A DNA stretch of 64,000 bases, taken from contig CM120645.1 in assembly GCA_051362555.1 (NCBI GenBank), positions 15,748,001 through 15,812,000 on the forward strand. The letters are read 5' to 3'. Position 1 is the first letter of the stretch; each line of letters begins with the position of its first letter. Below, one piece after another: positions 11,201 through 25,100 of the stretch. A program made the translations under genes and the position numbers. Source of the stretch: Lingula anatina (lineage: Eukaryota; Animalia; Brachiopoda). The notes beneath the pieces were generated by a model, which made no database searches, was not told where the DNA came from, and saw nothing but the letters and a program-made list of their open reading frames with translations.

Positions 11201-14120
11201 CCACATTTCATATCCTTCCTTTTAAGACACACCATGCACTATTCATACAATCTAATATCCTCTTACATTCAACCAGGCAGAAAAACACTAAAATCTTTGC
11301 AAACAAGTCCTTACCATGGCTAAAACTCACCAAAAGTAATATTTATCCTACCATGCAAAGAATATATGACAGACTAATTTCAAACCCCCATTCACTTGGC
11401 CAAAATGTATCAAGGTGTTATATCTCTGGACAGTCTCACAAATCAAAGGAACTTTTAACTAAAAGATGATCTTGACTAAATCTCTAGTCTACTTTAATCC
11501 AAGAAAAAACAGCAGCAATTCAATTAATTGAACTATTGAGCCCATTTTATAACAAGAAAGAGACAGTGTTTTAGAAAGTTTCCACACTTAAACTTCTGAC
11601 CAACTTTCATTTTAAGTTCCCTTGTGAGATCTGTCTGTGGAAGAACTACTGATAAAAAATGACTTCTCAGGAAAAACGCTACAAGTACAAATGCATTAAG
11701 TTGCTATAAATGCTCTTTTTTTTTCTATACAAAGACAAACTGCACCACAAAGCAACATTCTTTGACTTCTTATTATCATTTATAACAAGACTCTTTTTTT
11801 TTTTTAACTTCAAATGTTTAAACTTCAAGGATTTTAAAATTTTTGGTGAAAAAGAACATTTTCTGACTTTCTTGCTCAAAATACATATAATTAATTTATA
11901 AACATCTCACTTTATTTGATAATAAAGCTGTTTTGGGGTTGTATCAATATGCTTAGCAACACTAATCATTAATTCTCTATACAGTCAGACCTTTCACATG
12001 AAGGAAGCTTAAAGATCTGATGTATCAAAGGGATACAAAAAGCCTTTTGGCATCAAGCAATATACTTTAGCAATTTAATTGTACTGGTATATTTTGAGAG
12101 ATAAACAAGAAATTAATAGCCTGGCTATCATATAAGAGAGTAAACTTAAAAGAGACAGCACGCTACCTCACAACCTCCATGTGAATGGCAAGAAGTAAAT
12201 TGGTAGCATAATCAGGGGCGGATTGAGGCCGTCTTCTGGGTCTTCCAGAAGACGGTCAGATTTTCAAGTTTACATTGATGGGCATCTAATTTTTTTTCTG
12301 TCGGAAGACGGTCAAAAATGGAGGATAGATCAACAAAGATAATTTGGAAGACTGTCAGAATTTATCTCTGGATCCGCCCTTGATAATTACATGACAGAGA
12401 GTCTTAAAAGACATACCAGTACAGCTGTATTGCTATGATATCATTCAATATGAAAAGGCCTCAAAATATGGACGTTATAACCTTTATAAGGCATTTCAAA
12501 ATTATAAACTTCAGAGAACACTACCAATAGTTTTGGTAGGGCTTTGCAACAATGATTTTCTCTCACCTTCCACAAAGTTAAAGACAGGGCCAACTGGGAT
12601 GGTGAAGTCAACCTCCTGGTACAAAGCCTTGGCTGCTTGAAGAGCGTCAACTGTATCTGCTGTAATCTAAAATATAAGAATTACAGGGATAAGATCATGA
12701 AAGAGAGCTATATTATAAAATGACATTATATCTGTCGATTTTCTATACGATTGGGTTTTTTTTTTTTTTTTGGTGCGTCGTGATTTAAAAAATCAAAAGA
12801 AATCTTAAACCAGTGATTTGCTTTCAGAACAAACAGCTCAAAATGCTATGGTTTGAATACAAAACAAAATCGGTACATATACAAACATTAAAATATGTCT
12901 AAAGTTTTAAGTAGATTGTATAATATTATTGTATAACATACAAAACACTCAAGTTATCATATAATATTTATATTCCAACTTGGCAGGCATTTTTACCACA
13001 ACCAACTCACAGTCAATATCATATGGGTGGTATAAGTTGAGCAATAATGTGTATATGTACCAAAATATAGTATACCAACATAAAGAAAATGACAAAAAAT
13101 AAAATTTAAACTTGAGCATTCCCTATTCAAAATAAAACATTAATTTTCTAGTGAGAACTAAAGTTAGGTAAAGTAAAAAAAAAAAAAAAAACTTGATAAA
13201 TATCTAGTGAAATAAACAAGTGAATAAGTTGTAATGTTCAAAATATTGAACCACCTCAAAAGTAACGCATATAAACAAAATGCATATGAAATAAAAAATA
13301 ATAATAAAAAAAAGGAAAAAAGAAAAATAAACACTTCCTGACTCACAAGAACTAGTCAAAATCAAAATTCTAAGAAGAAAGACAACCTTTGTTAAACATT
13401 CAAGTGAAGGTATTAAATAACCATAGAGTCTTGTTCCAAGAAGTTTTCACGATGATAAACAGTGACATGTTACCAGAAAAGTAGCAATAAGTACCTTGTT
13501 AACCTTTAGTACGGTTCCCAAGACAGAGAGCCAATAATAGATCATCTAAATCCCTTGATACTTATCGAATATCCCATTGATTTTTGAATCTTTACTCAAT
13601 TCTATACTCCATTAGATATGTTGTTCAAATTGTTTCAATTTTTTTTAAGAAAGGATATAATAATGTGTTTTTGTGTAAATAACTCTGATACAAATAAAGT
13701 AAATAAAGTATATAATTTTGAAATAATGTGTTTAATTCAAAAGGCAGTCATTTCGTTTTGATACAAGGTAATAACCAATTCTGACAAATAATATTCTCAC
13801 TTTATATACTGCTTATGTTATGGGAAGATTGGGACAGCAAAAAAGGTTGATATTTGTATCAAATATTAAAGAAAATGTGCCAGACCCGATATAGCATCTT
13901 AAGAATTTCAACACAAAAATTGTATTATATCATTCAATATATCCATTATCAGATATGTATTACATAATAATTAAAGTGTATAACTTGGCAATTTTATCTA
14001 CCTCAACTTTCCCTGTAGTCTAAGCAGATTGCATGCTTAGTTATAATATACAGTGAACTTGCAAAGAAAGTGCACACAGCAGAAGCAATTCCTAGATCTA
14101 CTGTCAATATAAAGATATAA

Positions 14121-14201
<81 letters not shown>

Positions 14202-15445
14202 GTATATATGATATTTGATGCAGAATATATAGTATAAGATCAGCATGCGTATACCTTCTTATACTGTGTATGTTCCTCCACCGTTTGGCAAGCCTAGAGG
14301 AGAGAAGAGAGAGAGGAAAGCATGCCTTAGTATAGGGTAGAAGGGCACAATTATTCAGAGAAGTTGGTTCAGGGAAGCAAGCAGATTTATACATGTAGCC
14401 AGCAGTTTCTAAGGGGGGTGGGGGGGAGATCTTTTTTCCTGAAAAGAGGGCCTCTTTACCCCTTAGGTTGACCAACTTGAAAAATGCCATAGAACCTCGA
14501 TCAAATTTTGAATAACAGTGGATCTTATATGGCCAAAATGCTTTTTTTTCTTCAAAATTTTTGACCCCACCCTCTCCCCACGGATCTGGAAAGTGCCCCG
14601 CTTTATGTCTGTATAAAGATTGACAATGAAGGTTTGAAGGTGATGAAGCAGCACAGTTATCAGGTATACTGAAGCAGGGAGGGGAGGACAACAGAATGCA
14701 GTATGCACCACATTAGCTTATAGCTTGCACAGACAAGGTATATATAAGCATTACGAGGTACATGGATTGCACTTCTTTACTAGGACCAGAGAGATGTCTT
14801 TATCAAGAGGGTTTTTGGGGTGGGGGTAGGGGTGGGGTTTCAAAACATTATTACCATATTTTGATAATCAGGAAGACGCCAAAGAAAGTTTTTGCTAAAG
14901 GCATTTCTTTTCAGATGAAGATCGAAATTTTAAATCATTTTATTTGATTTTAGTGCCTCTTGCTCTCAAATTTCTGTTGAAGGCAATTTGGTAAGTACTA
15001 GATATTGTGGGACCAATGTATTTCTGCAAAAGCAAAGGTTTTGAAGAAAATATATGAAGCTTCTACCACCACTAGGATCACCACCACCACAACTAATACC
15101 CAACTATCAAAGATTGTATATTTTCTTACCAATTCTTCTTCAGTTTCAACAGCCTAAAATTTGTACAAAATGAATTCTATATCGTTTTGACTCTAATATG
15201 AGTTTGAACTTACAGTTAAACATACAGAGAACGAGTATAACATGCTTGGAGCAAATAAGTTTCATACTCTTGGGAGGAAAATGCATAACTGGTTTGAATG
15301 TAAGGTTATTTCTATAGGAATAACTGCTTAAAAATAGCATTATTACCACCAAGAAAGATTTGGGATTTCAACTCACCTGTAATTTCATTAGTTATAATGT
15401 CTTTCTTTTTTTCTTACCTTTTCTTTTCTCCTTTACCATTCTCTA

Positions 15446-15488
<43 letters not shown>

Positions 15489-18400
15489 TATACACACACA
15501 TACCCACAAGCACACACACAAATGCATACACACATGCACCTACACACATACACGAAAAATCATCACCTCAAATGACCAGTCAACTTACTTATTCACACCC
15601 TCATTTACACTCAACACTCAAAGCGCTGAAAAATGTGTTGATTTTAGGTTTATGGTTTGTACTTGTTTGAACACTTGTTTTCTCACTTTATCTTCTGTAT
15701 ATCATGTTCATTCAAAGGAAGTGGGGAAGGTGCAAGCATGAACATTTCTTAGTACTTAATTAAAACATATTTGATTCATCGTATCATATCAAAAAAATGA
15801 AAAAATAAAATTAAATTAAATATGATTTGAAAATATTCTTTAAGCACTGAAACTCTGCATGAAAATGAAAACTTTTTTTGAGTAAAAGACAAGTCTTGAA
15901 AAAATTTATTTATATTTATTGGAATTAGTGGTGTTTGAAACTTAAGAATAATTACCGTAACAGAATTTGAGGAGGACAGGATGGGTAGGTGGATAAAGAA
16001 AATAAATGCATTCCAAAAAACCTACAGAGTGACATATCTAGACCTCAACCCCTTACATTGCCACTTAAACCAACTGAATGTGAAATTATACCGAAAAATA
16101 CCTTGAATCTTTGTCTGACCTAAATTACCACATTCCAGGAGAAAGCAACATTTCGCTTTTTGTTGCCTCCAAACTTAGCACTGTCTGGACTATCTTTAGA
16201 TTTTTCCCTGTTCTTCTATTCTATTTTTGGCCACCGATTTCCGTTCACTCCAGGTAAATTGATGCCCCAAGGAGTTCTTACACTTCTAAAAGCAAATTTG
16301 GAGGAAGCTAAATACCATTGAGTAATTTTAATGGGTTGATACAGTTTGCTTGTGGAATGTTTCACATTCTTGTTTTCTGACCTTATGAATCTCCTGGTTA
16401 GAATATGGTTTCCTAGAATGTTGTATGGCCGTAAATGTAATTGTTTCAAATAAACCACCAATTTTCCACTTACAATGCTTTTTTCTCAACTGGGCATAAT
16501 GCAAATAAAATGCAATATCAAAATGTTTTCACCAGACTTGTTTTTCTAGAGTTATATAAATGAGCATATGTTTTTCTGGTGCAAAAGTTGTGTAATATCT
16601 GGAAAAATGCAAATTTTGAAAATTTGACAGAGATTTTCATTCTAAAGAACCAACCTATGGAAAAATAGAACTAAAAGAACCAACCAAACAAATAAATAAA
16701 GATTAAACTTAAAGTCAGGATGAAACGAACAAAAATCATACATACAATGAATATATAAAGAAACTAAAAATGAGAAATCACAACCAGGGAATTTTTTTAA
16801 ACAGTAAAATTAGATCTAAAAAACCTCCTAGGTTGCCAACTAAAAAGTACTCTTCATTTCTTAACAGGACATCTCACTAAAACCCCCAGACATCAAAATC
16901 AAAAAGGTCAAAGTTATTCTAGGACACCTCTAAAGACCATTCCACATCTTATAAACTCACTTTTTAAAGTAGGGCAATAGTACTAACAAAATCGTTATTG
17001 GTATGAAAAATATATGAGCTAACTGAAGTAATAGTTTTAACAATGTATAATCCTTACCTTTGAAAATCAGCAATCTTGCTAAAGAACCCTGGATTCAGTG
17101 ACAAGTACAGAAGAAAATCCCTGCTAGAGTACACATTTCTTAAAATCAATTTCTGGGAATGCAAGGTAGACAGACATGCAACTGGTCCACATACAAATAT
17201 AGCCAGCTCTGTTTAAAGCATCTAAATGTCTCACCTTCTTTCACCTCTGCAGCAAAGTCAGCTGAGTGATGGGTCAGTGATTGCCTGGAAAAAAAATTCA
17301 AAACTGTCCCGTCCCAGAAATTCCTGGATCCACGCACCCTGCAGAAACTAGGCACTAACCCCAGAATGCCCCTAACATGCGCAGCGTGGAGAAAACTTGC
17401 GCGGAGAGCATCTAAAATTTCCCTTGTCCTCAATAAAGAAATCAACAGTGACAGCTATCTTTCCTTCACCGAGTACCCGTGTTAGTCACACCATATATGT
17501 GCATGATTGGCCCTAAATTAAAATAGGCTGGTGCAGGAGTAGGAAATCTTACCCATACTCCTGGCATTTGGTGATGTCAGCTTGGCTAACTATCATCATT
17601 TCTCTAGCTTCCTTTCAACTTGTTCGCCTCCCCCTTCTCATCAGTTACATTTATAGTATTACTGGCACGCAAGGCGTCTTTTAGATCATTATATATCTAT
17701 TTCTGAGTCAATAATTATGCAAGCATAAGTTACATAACTCATTTCAGCCTATCAGTTTATTTTTCAAAACTCAAATTTCTGACTTATAATAATGACATCC
17801 TAATGGACAATGCATCCTGTTTTTTTTTTTTTCCTTTAAAATATCAATTATTTTTAGTGCTGGTAAAAGAAAAGTCAAGTCAGAAAAACATTCAGCACAT
17901 ATCACCCAGGTCTTTTTGATAATCACATATACCAAAAATTCCAACTCTGAATTTTCGGGATTAAAACATTAACATTTTTCTCAATATCAAAGCATATCCA
18001 CAGCCTACGTTTTTTTCACAAACCAAAGATTCTTCTCTAAATATTCCAGCATTTATCTCTATGTGGATAATTACTTATTTTTCTGTAAAAATCTTTCATT
18101 TGGAAGCCCTGATCTACTACAGCTGCTATTAAAGCATTTGTGGACCAAAGGGCATGGAAAACTAGTGTTCTTTGCTATGTAAGTGATGGTTTAACATGAT
18201 GTTAAAACATTAAGAATGGAATTCACATAAACGTTGAAGTTCTCAGTAATAGCCATGAAATATCAGTGCTGAAGTCAGTGCTACACACAGGAGATATATT
18301 TTCTTTCAGTTACACAAAAAGAGAGAGAGAGAGCAAAAGAGAGAAAAAAATGAAAAGAAAGTTGGAGTTCTGAAGTTAGACCGTGTGTGTGTGTGTGTGT

Positions 18401-20585
18401 GTGTGCACCCATGTGCGCATACATGAGTGCATATATGTGTATGTGAGTGTACATGTGTGTAAATGCATCCTTCCACGAGAACATGTAAGTGAGTATATAA
18501 GCCAAGTCTTAATCTGACAACAAATTTAAATCAATAAAACATTTTTTGTGCACAACCCTGGAAAATTCAGTAAATCTCACAGATGGAACTGTGATTAATG
18601 GCCTGGAGCCACCAACTGAAGTTGCCCTTTAAACACGGAATCATCACTATAGAGATTCACATAACTTGTACCCAAGTTTGTGACCTAATGATTGGTGCTA
18701 TACTACAAGCTTCATTGAAACTCCTCCAACTTTCCCAAAATGAGACAAATCGGTTAAGGTCAGATATATCTCTGCTGGAACTTTTTCCATAGTCGGGTTT
18801 AGTTTTGCTTTTTCTTATCAAACCAAGTTGGACCTTTATTTCATTCATATTTTGATAATTCTCCATCAAAGCATCTTTGAACTCCCACATCCTTTCCTTT
18901 CCCTCTTTTTCCACCTAATTCCTCTAAAATTTGCTATGATTAGAAACACATAATCTCACAGTTATCTTATCTAGTCAACACTATTACACCCAAAGAAGAC
19001 AAATGAAGTATGAATACCCAAAATCATAATATAAGCTACATGATCTCAAATTTTTACAGATAAGTAACAAAATAAAATTCAACAAATCTGAGTTTTCTTT
19101 AGTCAAATCCATCATCTTTTAATTATTTGAAACATGTTTTTTTTTTTTTTATGTACTATGGGAATTGTTTGAAGAGCAGGTTTGGTTAATTATAAAAATG
19201 AGTAATCTTGAAAATAAAAATTTAAGTAGAAAAATCAGGTATTCAAAATGTACGAATAATAACTGTACAGTTGGCAAACCCGGGAAAACCCCCCTGCTGG
19301 TCTATCATCTTTGAGAGGGTAGTGATATTTACAGGTTATGGAACAGCTTACACTTCAAGGTGTCAAGATGTTTGCTAGTTCTTTACATACACAGGAACAC
19401 AGCCCTGGCAACAGTCAGCCACCTGGGTGCTTGAAGTGACAAGAAGCTGAGAAGAAACATTTTGTCATTTCGTTATATGTTAAATATCTTTTGCGTATTC
19501 AACAAATGTGTCATGCCAAATATGCATGGTTGCTTTTACTATGTACTTAACATCATTCAACATGTTTTCAGACAATCAATGTTATCTATCATCATGAGTT
19601 GTTTTAATGTTTATTAATATGTAGTTCAAATAGGATTTACCCTGGAAACAATTTCAGAGAGAAGTAAACATCATATTTACTGCTGTTATTCCTTTACCTG
19701 AAATCTTTTTGCTAAACTGACTTTATTTCTAAATATAATTCAGTGAAGTTCTGTACAGGGCTGAGACCTAACCCATTTCTTGAGGTAATAAATCTTGATG
19801 AAAAAGGAAAAAAAAATCGCTGATTTACACTCCACTTCCCAACATTACTGTTAAAAGCATATCCACAAAAGTTATGTAACCATCAGAATAAGAATTTAAA
19901 CCATACCTCAAAAATTCAATTCAGTTGAATGAAAATGGATAAGTTTTATGAAAAATAACAATAAGATGGACTGATAATTTTAATTCAATTAATACAGAAT
20001 CTCTTAGTACAGAAGGTAATGAAAGTATCCATGTTGTTCTTTTCTGTTAGTTTTTGCTAACTACTTCCTAGAATTTCTTATCAATTGATTAACCTCACAT
20101 AAAAATGTCCCAGTCTGATTGTAAATTGGAAATAAATCTAGCTGTTGCTATTTGCATCGATATACTGACCCTATACATGTGTTGCACCTTGACAACAACT
20201 CTTAAAAGAAATAACATTTCCACTAAGCTCCAACTTTCCCCCCATTCACTTAACATATTTTCTTCAGCAATCAAATCCCTAAACCTCATTCATCCTTTTT
20301 CTGTTTACATACGTGAACTGATCCCCATCAAAATGTGCTGACCCTAAAAAAAACATTCCGTTCCAAGAATTAAAAAGAAGAGAAAGGGAAAAAAACCCCT
20401 GCTCCACACTCCAGTCCTAATGAAAGCACTATATAACCCAGGTGCCAGTGTTCCATCAAGGTGCTCACAGCATCATTTCTGCATGATGTAACCTTTCCAA
20501 GGAATACAGTCTTGTCTAGAGCAATCAGCTTTGTTTTAGAAAGATGTCTGTGGATGTTAGCTTTACTGATGTGCTGTGGTGCGGG

Positions 20586-20681
<96 letters not shown>

Positions 20682-22072
20682 TTACCCTGTATTTTGACTT
20701 GCAAAGCATATAATTGATTGTATAAGACAGAAAACTCCTTTATGAGGTCAGAATTAATATAAACCTTTATGAAAAGATAAACTGCAACATGGAGTTTTTA
20801 AAGGGGACAGACAGACAAAGAAGTAGGGAGAAACTTTAAAGATGTCACTAAAAAATACATCTTCCCTTTTCCATTACTAACCCAGAATGATTTTAATTCT
20901 GCAGCAGCTTGAATCATTACCTCCATCAACTTGAAAGCAACTGACCTTTCCCATGCAGAGTATACATCATGCTAAATCAGTCAACATTTAACTTAAGCTT
21001 GTATAAGAGGGCGAGCCTCCAGGAAGTCTTTTCAAGCATGGAATCCAAATAATGTGAAACTGCGGGTAAGAAACAGAAATGGAACATTCCTCGAATTCCT
21101 CTCTCCATTTTGAGAAATTTACACTATCCAATTCCAACATGGGTTGCAGTATAGTTTCATTCTCCACAGCTCCTATTCATCCAAAACTGTGCGATTCTTT
21201 TGAAGTTCCATCCAAAAATAATCGAAAAAACATTTAAAAAACACAATCACCAATCACTTGTCATCTCAACTAACACATCTCATAGAAGGTCACTCAAAAA
21301 TATTACCTCACCAACATCTCATCCATCCAATCTCAACTGATACATTCACATTTTTTAACTACACTCACCTTTGCAGTCTGTCTTCCAGGCTTGATTTCAG
21401 GGTTGCGCTTGAGAGAATTTATCAATTTCAAAAATAGCATTGTATGAATAACATTTAACCCTGAACACACACTGCATACAACAGTGTAACTAGGCCTATT
21501 CTGTAGTGGGTAAAATTAAGGTATCATGGCTGATTTTGTAATTTTATAAATTTTCTTCTTCGAAAATGGCTGGTATAAACAAAAATATACAGAAGATTTG
21601 ATTTGAAATGACTTACTCTCTGTGTGAATTCTCCACCTGGGATGGGCTGGCCACCAAACTTGATATTGATGGTATAATCTCCCTGTGATCGCGGGGTGTA
21701 GATGATGCTGAAAGTGCCATCGCCATTATCCACAATGTCGATGTCAACTTCGGCCTCTGCCTGGCTGCTGATGCGACATGTGACGTTACCCTGACCTGCT
21801 TCCATGGCGCTGACAGTGATCACACACTCCTCGCCAACCATAACTGTGCTCTGAAGACCCTCTGTGGTAGTCAAATTTACATAGAATTATTTAACAGCAA
21901 ATTTTTTATAACTACTTACTGTGTTTGGCAGGTGGAAAGGTTGACCGAAGTATTAAATTATGGAATCAAATTCTTCACTTCTTATGCTTTCTGATCTTAT
22001 GAAAAGCAACAGTCGCAATAAAAGTAGGATAGAGAGCCAACAATTTTAACAGGTAATATTTTAAGGTGAATA

Positions 22073-22129
<57 letters not shown>

Positions 22130-25100
22130 AAATAATCAAAAACATTGGCAAATATAATCTGAATTAAAATGAACACTGTCACTCATAAATTTACACTTTC
22201 TACACACCTGAGATGACACACTTGGTGGCGTCACCAACGGGGACAGCGTTGACCTCAAATGGAGAATTGGGGACATTGTGGCCACCAAACTTGACCTGGA
22301 TGGTGTAAACGCCCAGGTCTTCTGGTACATAGGTGATGGTATAGGTGCCGTCACCGTTATCCTTGATCTTAGGCTTCAGGTAGCTACCATCTGGGCCCTG
22401 TGATTTATTATAAATAACATTATCAAACATAAGATAAAATATCTTGTCTACTATTTGCGTACAAAGTAAACACGTACTATCCAGAAGATGTGCATTCAAA
22501 TTCAAAATCAGCACAACTCAATAATCTAAAAACAATAGCTTGTTATGGCATATTAAAAACTTGACAAGAAAAAAAATACTGAAATTTTATTTTCTTATCT
22601 TTAAATTGCGTGTGTCCAATTTTGTACTTTTGCCAAAGATGATCAAACACATAGTCTGTACACTTGTAAATTCATACACTATAGCATCTTTTTCGAATCA
22701 GTCAACTACCAGCTTCAAGGGACAAATGACCCACCTGGATTGCCACCTCCAGGTCAGCAATGCCAGCGTCTCTGGTGTCAATGACAAAGGAGACAGGGAT
22801 ACTGGCGGGCAGACCACTCTTGATACCATCTCCCTCCACTTTAACCATGCTGGCATCATAGGCTGGCTGGACCTGAACAGTACAGGGGCTGAAAGTATAC
22901 AGGTTAGGGATGAATTAGTTATAGGAGGACCATCAATTGGATAAACAATATAAAAAGAAAGAAGACAGGTATCATAAGTGGCAGATCAGAGCCTAACCCC
23001 CCCTCCCCTCCAACCCCTAAAATTCTCGTATTTTTTAAAGCTTCAAGCCAATGAAAAAGACTGCTAATGAACAAATGTATCTATCCTTAAGGAAAAAATT
23101 ATTGCCCCCCCACACTCTTGCATCAAAAATAAATTCAAAGCAAACTTCAGAAGATGTTATTTGTTCTAATTAAAAATGAAGCTTATACCTGTTGGGCACC
23201 TGTTCCTTGTTGTAGTTGACATCAATCTTGCAGGGTCCTTCCTCCAGAGGATGATAGGTGACACTGTAGGTACCATCTTCATTGTCAACAATGTCTGGAA
23301 CTTTCTTCTCTCCTGAAATATAAAGCAATGTCATTACAACTTCAGGACAGCTTAAGTGGCTGGTATAGAAGAAATAATCTATAACAGGTGGTGTCTGTCT
23401 ACCAAATTTTAATTTTGAAGTTGTTTTCTAAGTTAACCAGTCTGACTTGAAAAGATTAAGGTTCAGACTGTTTACCTGATACTAAAATATACTGGTTGGC
23501 TTTTATCTGAAGATTTCTTATTGTCAAGGTACCAGTCAATTCTGATCTAATGGATAATGACAGCAATAAGTTACAGTTACTGTAAGATAGTCTGGACTTA
23601 TCTGGATAAATATAAGACATCAATTTTCTTTTGTATCAAAACTTATTTTCACCCAAAAGAATTTTATTTTGCAAAAATCCATACAATTACATATAATTGT
23701 TTGATGACTGTTCCAGGCCACTTCACTGCCCATTTGGTCTCATCCGAGAAAAGGGATTCTATGGATCTTTACAAAATGAAACTACATATATAAGATCCAA
23801 CAGGGACATTTGGACTTAATTTTTACCTGTCTTGTCAGTGTAAGTGACCTCCAGTTCTGCTTGGCCAGCCTCAGAGCAGTCCACAATGAATGTGCATGGC
23901 TGTCCAGCGCGCGGTGTCTCTAGACCTGGACCGTACATGCGCACTTTGCTTGCGTCAATGACATCATCGATCTTCACAGTGAATGGAGAGCCTGGAGATT
24001 TATAAAGATTATGACTTAGGGGATCTTTGTGTGTAACTGTTAGCATTCTCTATCGATTAAATTTGTGTCTCAGATGGTAAAAGTTAGTTTTAATAGCAGT
24101 TCTATTAAAAAGCTCAAATGATCCTAAATCTCACTCATTCTTCACTCATAAATATTGTATAAGAAAGCAAAAGAGTGACAGAAATCAAACATTGCTTTAG
24201 TGACAGAAATCAAACATTGTAGTAAAAAAAAAGTTTTAAGTGTATAGCACGCTCCAAACCCCCCCCCCCCCCCCCCCCCCCCCACCTCCCCCATATTCAA
24301 ACAAGTAATGCATAAAATCCAGCACTTTTCATTTGAATAGTAGGTAACAGCCCTGGAAAGATGTATAACCTAAACGTATATATCATCCATACCTGGGATG
24401 TCCTGTTCAGCAAACTTGATGGTAATATCATACTGTCCAGGCTTGGTAGGCAGGTACTCTACAGAGCATGAGCCATCTCTGTTGTCTCTACAGGTCATCT
24501 TGGCCTCCGAGGGTCCCTCAATGGCCAGTCCCAGGCCACCTTGACCAGCACCTCTGGTCTCCACAGTGAAGGTCTGGGGCTGGTTGGTGTTACCTCCCTT
24601 AAGACCTGGACACAAAATATGCATGTTTCTTGTATTATTATATTACAGTGCATGGCCATATTACTAGGTACATTTTACTGACATAATTCTTCATTGCCTA
24701 AATATAATATAGTAATAAAAAGATTTCTTCCTAAATTGTTCTACAATGACCTATTACCATTCTATTTATTATTTATGAGGTAAGATACAAACCAATCACG
24801 TAAATAACAAACATATTATGATATCAAAGTATTTCAGTAAAACATGTTACTGAATTAGTTCAATTAGTTCATAAAATTAAGGCAGGTAAGAGGAAATGCT
24901 CAGAGAAAATTCTACTTTTTTTAATGAAACATTATCAAACGCATTATAATCATTTTTTAAAACTTACTCCCATACATGTTCAAGGATAGATTGACAAATA
25001 GCAAATAATAATGCAAGTAATGAAAGAACTTCTGAGAACTAACCTGGTCCATAAGCCTTGACTCTGGTTGGGTCACAGCCTGGCACCACACTGACTGGGA

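Noticed and set aside
11310-11335. gccATG|gtaagg and G|gtgagt donors upstream of the duplicated exons
   Set aside because: ATG would be phase 0 and out of frame with the phase-1 exons; no other support, though a non-coding leader cannot be excluded
14037-14711. ORFs of 69-195 aa with YIYI runs
   Set aside because: Extended artificially by the (AT)n microsatellite and a repeat remnant
15418-15439. MVKEKRK + G|gtaaga as a first exon
   Set aside because: Phase 1 and embedded in low-complexity purine sequence next to a microsatellite; likely chance
16130-16480. Possible retroelement remnant (ORF 16216..16461)
   Set aside because: No motif I can confidently assign
18598-18914. Protein-like ORF 18657..18914
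   Set aside because: No recognisable family and no usable splice sites in phase with filamin
20461-20697. ORF with ERERER
   Set aside because: Translation of the (GA)n microsatellite
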